DNA from: Caldisphaera sp.
Lineage (GTDB): Archaea; Thermoproteota; Thermoprotei_A; Sulfolobales; Acidilobaceae
Reading direction: 5' to 3'
Length of the DNA: 29,767 nt
NCBI GenBank assembly: GCA_049971805.1
Contig: JBMFKU010000017.1
Span: 1-29,767 of the forward strand
The translations under genes were made by a program, and so were the position numbers. The notes beneath the pieces are model-generated. The model saw only the letters and a program-made list of their open reading frames with translations, did not search any database and was not told the DNA's origin. Shown piece by piece: positions 28,386-29,767 of the stretch. Every line of letters starts with the position of its first letter. The stretch's first letter is position 1.

Positions 28386-29318
28386 TTATTTATAAATTAT
28401 TGTACCTGATTTTTCTCTAAATACATTTGTTGCGTCATATAGATCACCAATTATTGCCAAGTTTCCAGTAGACTCTACAAATTTTATAGCAGCCAATACC
28501 TTAGGTCCCATAGAACCTTCAGGAAACACGCTTTTTCTATATAATTCCTTTAATTCATCAATGCTTATCTTTTCTAGCCATTGCTCGTCTTTTGTACCAT
28601 AATTTAAAGCTATACCTTTTACATCAGTTAATATTATGAATCTGTCTGCCTTGACTTTTATGGCTAATAAAGAGCTTGCAAGATCTTTATCTATAACTGC
28701 CTCAACAGGGATATAGTTATTTCCTCTTTTTACAACAGGGACACCCCCACCGCCAGTAGCGATAACTATATATTTTTCATTAATTAGCCTCTCTATAATA
28801 TCAATTTCTAGTATATCTATCGGCATTGGACTTGGTACAACTCTTCTAAACCCTCCTCTAGGATCTTCTTTAAAAATCCAACCAGATTCCTTATGCAATT
28901 TCTCTGCTTGTTCTTTTGTAAAATAACTTCCAACAAACTTTGTAGGTTTTAAAAAAGCTTCATCATTTTCAGAGATCACAACTCTTGTTAAGATAGGCAC
29001 AGCTTTTCTTTCAGGTAAATATAATGAAAACGCGTGCTGTAACATGTATCCTATCCATCCCTGAGTCATTGCATCAGCTATATCTATAGTTAATGCCTTT
29101 CCAGAGTTTGTAGCATACATAATTTCAAGCAAATAGCCTACCTGTGGTCCATTTCCATGGGTTATAACTATATCATCTTCGTTTTGTATTGTACTTACTA
29201 TTATTTTTACTGCGCTCTTTATATTTCTCCATTGATCTTCAACGGTTCCTTTATCCTCTTTTTTTAATATAGCGTTACCTCCTAATGCTATTATAGATTT
29301 CATGTTATTTTTCACCAT
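28386..29318 (-). CDS. arcC: Carbamate kinase
   Basis: ALGGNAI, THGNGPQVG, PTKFVG, RRVVPSP, GGGGVPV, EAVIDKDLAS, GSMGPKV. Confidence 0.96.
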   Translation of the reverse strand: MVKNNMKSIIALGGNAILKKEDKGTVEDQWRNIKSAVKIIVSTIQNEDDIVITHGNGPQVGYLLEIMYATNSGKALTIDIADAMTQGWIGYMLQHAFSLYLPERKAVPILTRVVISENDEAFLKPTKFVGSYFTKEQAEKLHKESGWIFKEDPRGGFRRVVPSPMPIDILEIDIIERLINEKYIVIATGGGGVPVVKRGNNYIPVEAVIDKDLASSLLAIKVKADRFIILTDVKGIALNYGTKDEQWLEKISIDELKELYRKSVFPEGSMGPKVLAAIKFVESTGNLAIIGDLYDATNVFREKSGTIIYK

Positions 29319-29366
29319 ATTTGATAGGCAAGGTATTTTATTTCTAACAAAGTATTAATTCTTTAA

Positions 29367-29767
29367 GGAATATTGAAATCCTGAGTTAGGATTAAATCAA
29401 CTTTAAGAAAAGTTGAAGGTGAAACTTTTAGGATAACTGTTGGCGTTTGAACATCTGACCTTTTCTTGGTTACATACATGGTTTTCAAAAAGGGTTAAAT
29501 GGTTTGAACTTGGTGAGCCCTTGATTAAAGAGGATAAAGTTTACTTACTTTTCCGCTATAAGTTACCGTTGAGTTCTCCGCTAAGCTTTTTGGCTATTGA
29601 TAGCAACATTTATAGCCTAGATGCTTATGACAGCAAGAAGTTTGTTACAATATCTCTGAAGTTGTATAGTTTAAAGTATGGTATAAATTGAAGAGGAGAA
29701 AAAAATACAATCCTTTGCTTCTAAACATGGTAGAAAAGGTAAGGAGCTATTGAAGAAGTACTCCCAT
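29367..29767 (+). pseudogene. tnpB: Decayed IS200/IS605-family TnpB/OrfB gene, truncated by the window end
   Basis: Three fragments: GILKS*VRIKSTLRKVEGETFRITV / FSWLHTWFSKRV...LGEPLIKEDKVY...FLAIDSN (RuvC-I-like) / IQSFASKHGRKGKELLKKYSH, broken by a stop and frameshifts. Resembles crenarchaeal OrfB proteins from memory. Confidence 0.8.

Noticed and set aside
1-29767. CRISPR array, tRNA, rRNA or provirus
   Set aside because: No regularly spaced repeats, no cloverleaf or long GC-rich island, and no integrase or viral structural genes seen by eye.

Overview
A very AT-rich archaeal chromosomal window, mostly core housekeeping genes. Gene content and protein sequences point to Crenarchaeota, probably Acidilobales/Desulfurococcales and Caldisphaera-like (inference). 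The left arm (minus strand) holds part of the S10/spc ribosomal cluster (rps19-rpl22-rps3-rpl29-rnp1-rps17-rpl14-rpl24), an AbrB+ACT regulator, a clear box C/D guide sRNA (4290-4355), metG, TFS and a small Zn-finger ORF. A ~130-nt element with nested inverted repeats (7287-7417) has no evident explanation and lies upstream of trmJ. The middle contains ABCE1/RLI, a metallo-beta-lactamase-fold hydrolase, type II MetAP, a DUF1512 protein with a coupled small membrane protein, a GT2 glycosyltransferase, phi/hxlB, two overlapping paralogous nucleotidyltransferases and a His-rich small protein. The right arm (plus strand) runs DUF655-ksgA-hemK2-thsB-egsA-psmB-aCPSF1-nreA, then a Cys-rich small ORF, a possible HEPN remnant, carbamate kinase (minus strand) and a decayed IS200/IS605 TnpB pseudogene running off the window end. 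I saw no rRNA, tRNA or CRISPR array. The best candidates for something undescribed are the structured element at 7287-7417, the tandem nucleotidyltransferase pair and the protease-like DUF1512 module. All assignments come from reading motifs by eye; no searches were run.
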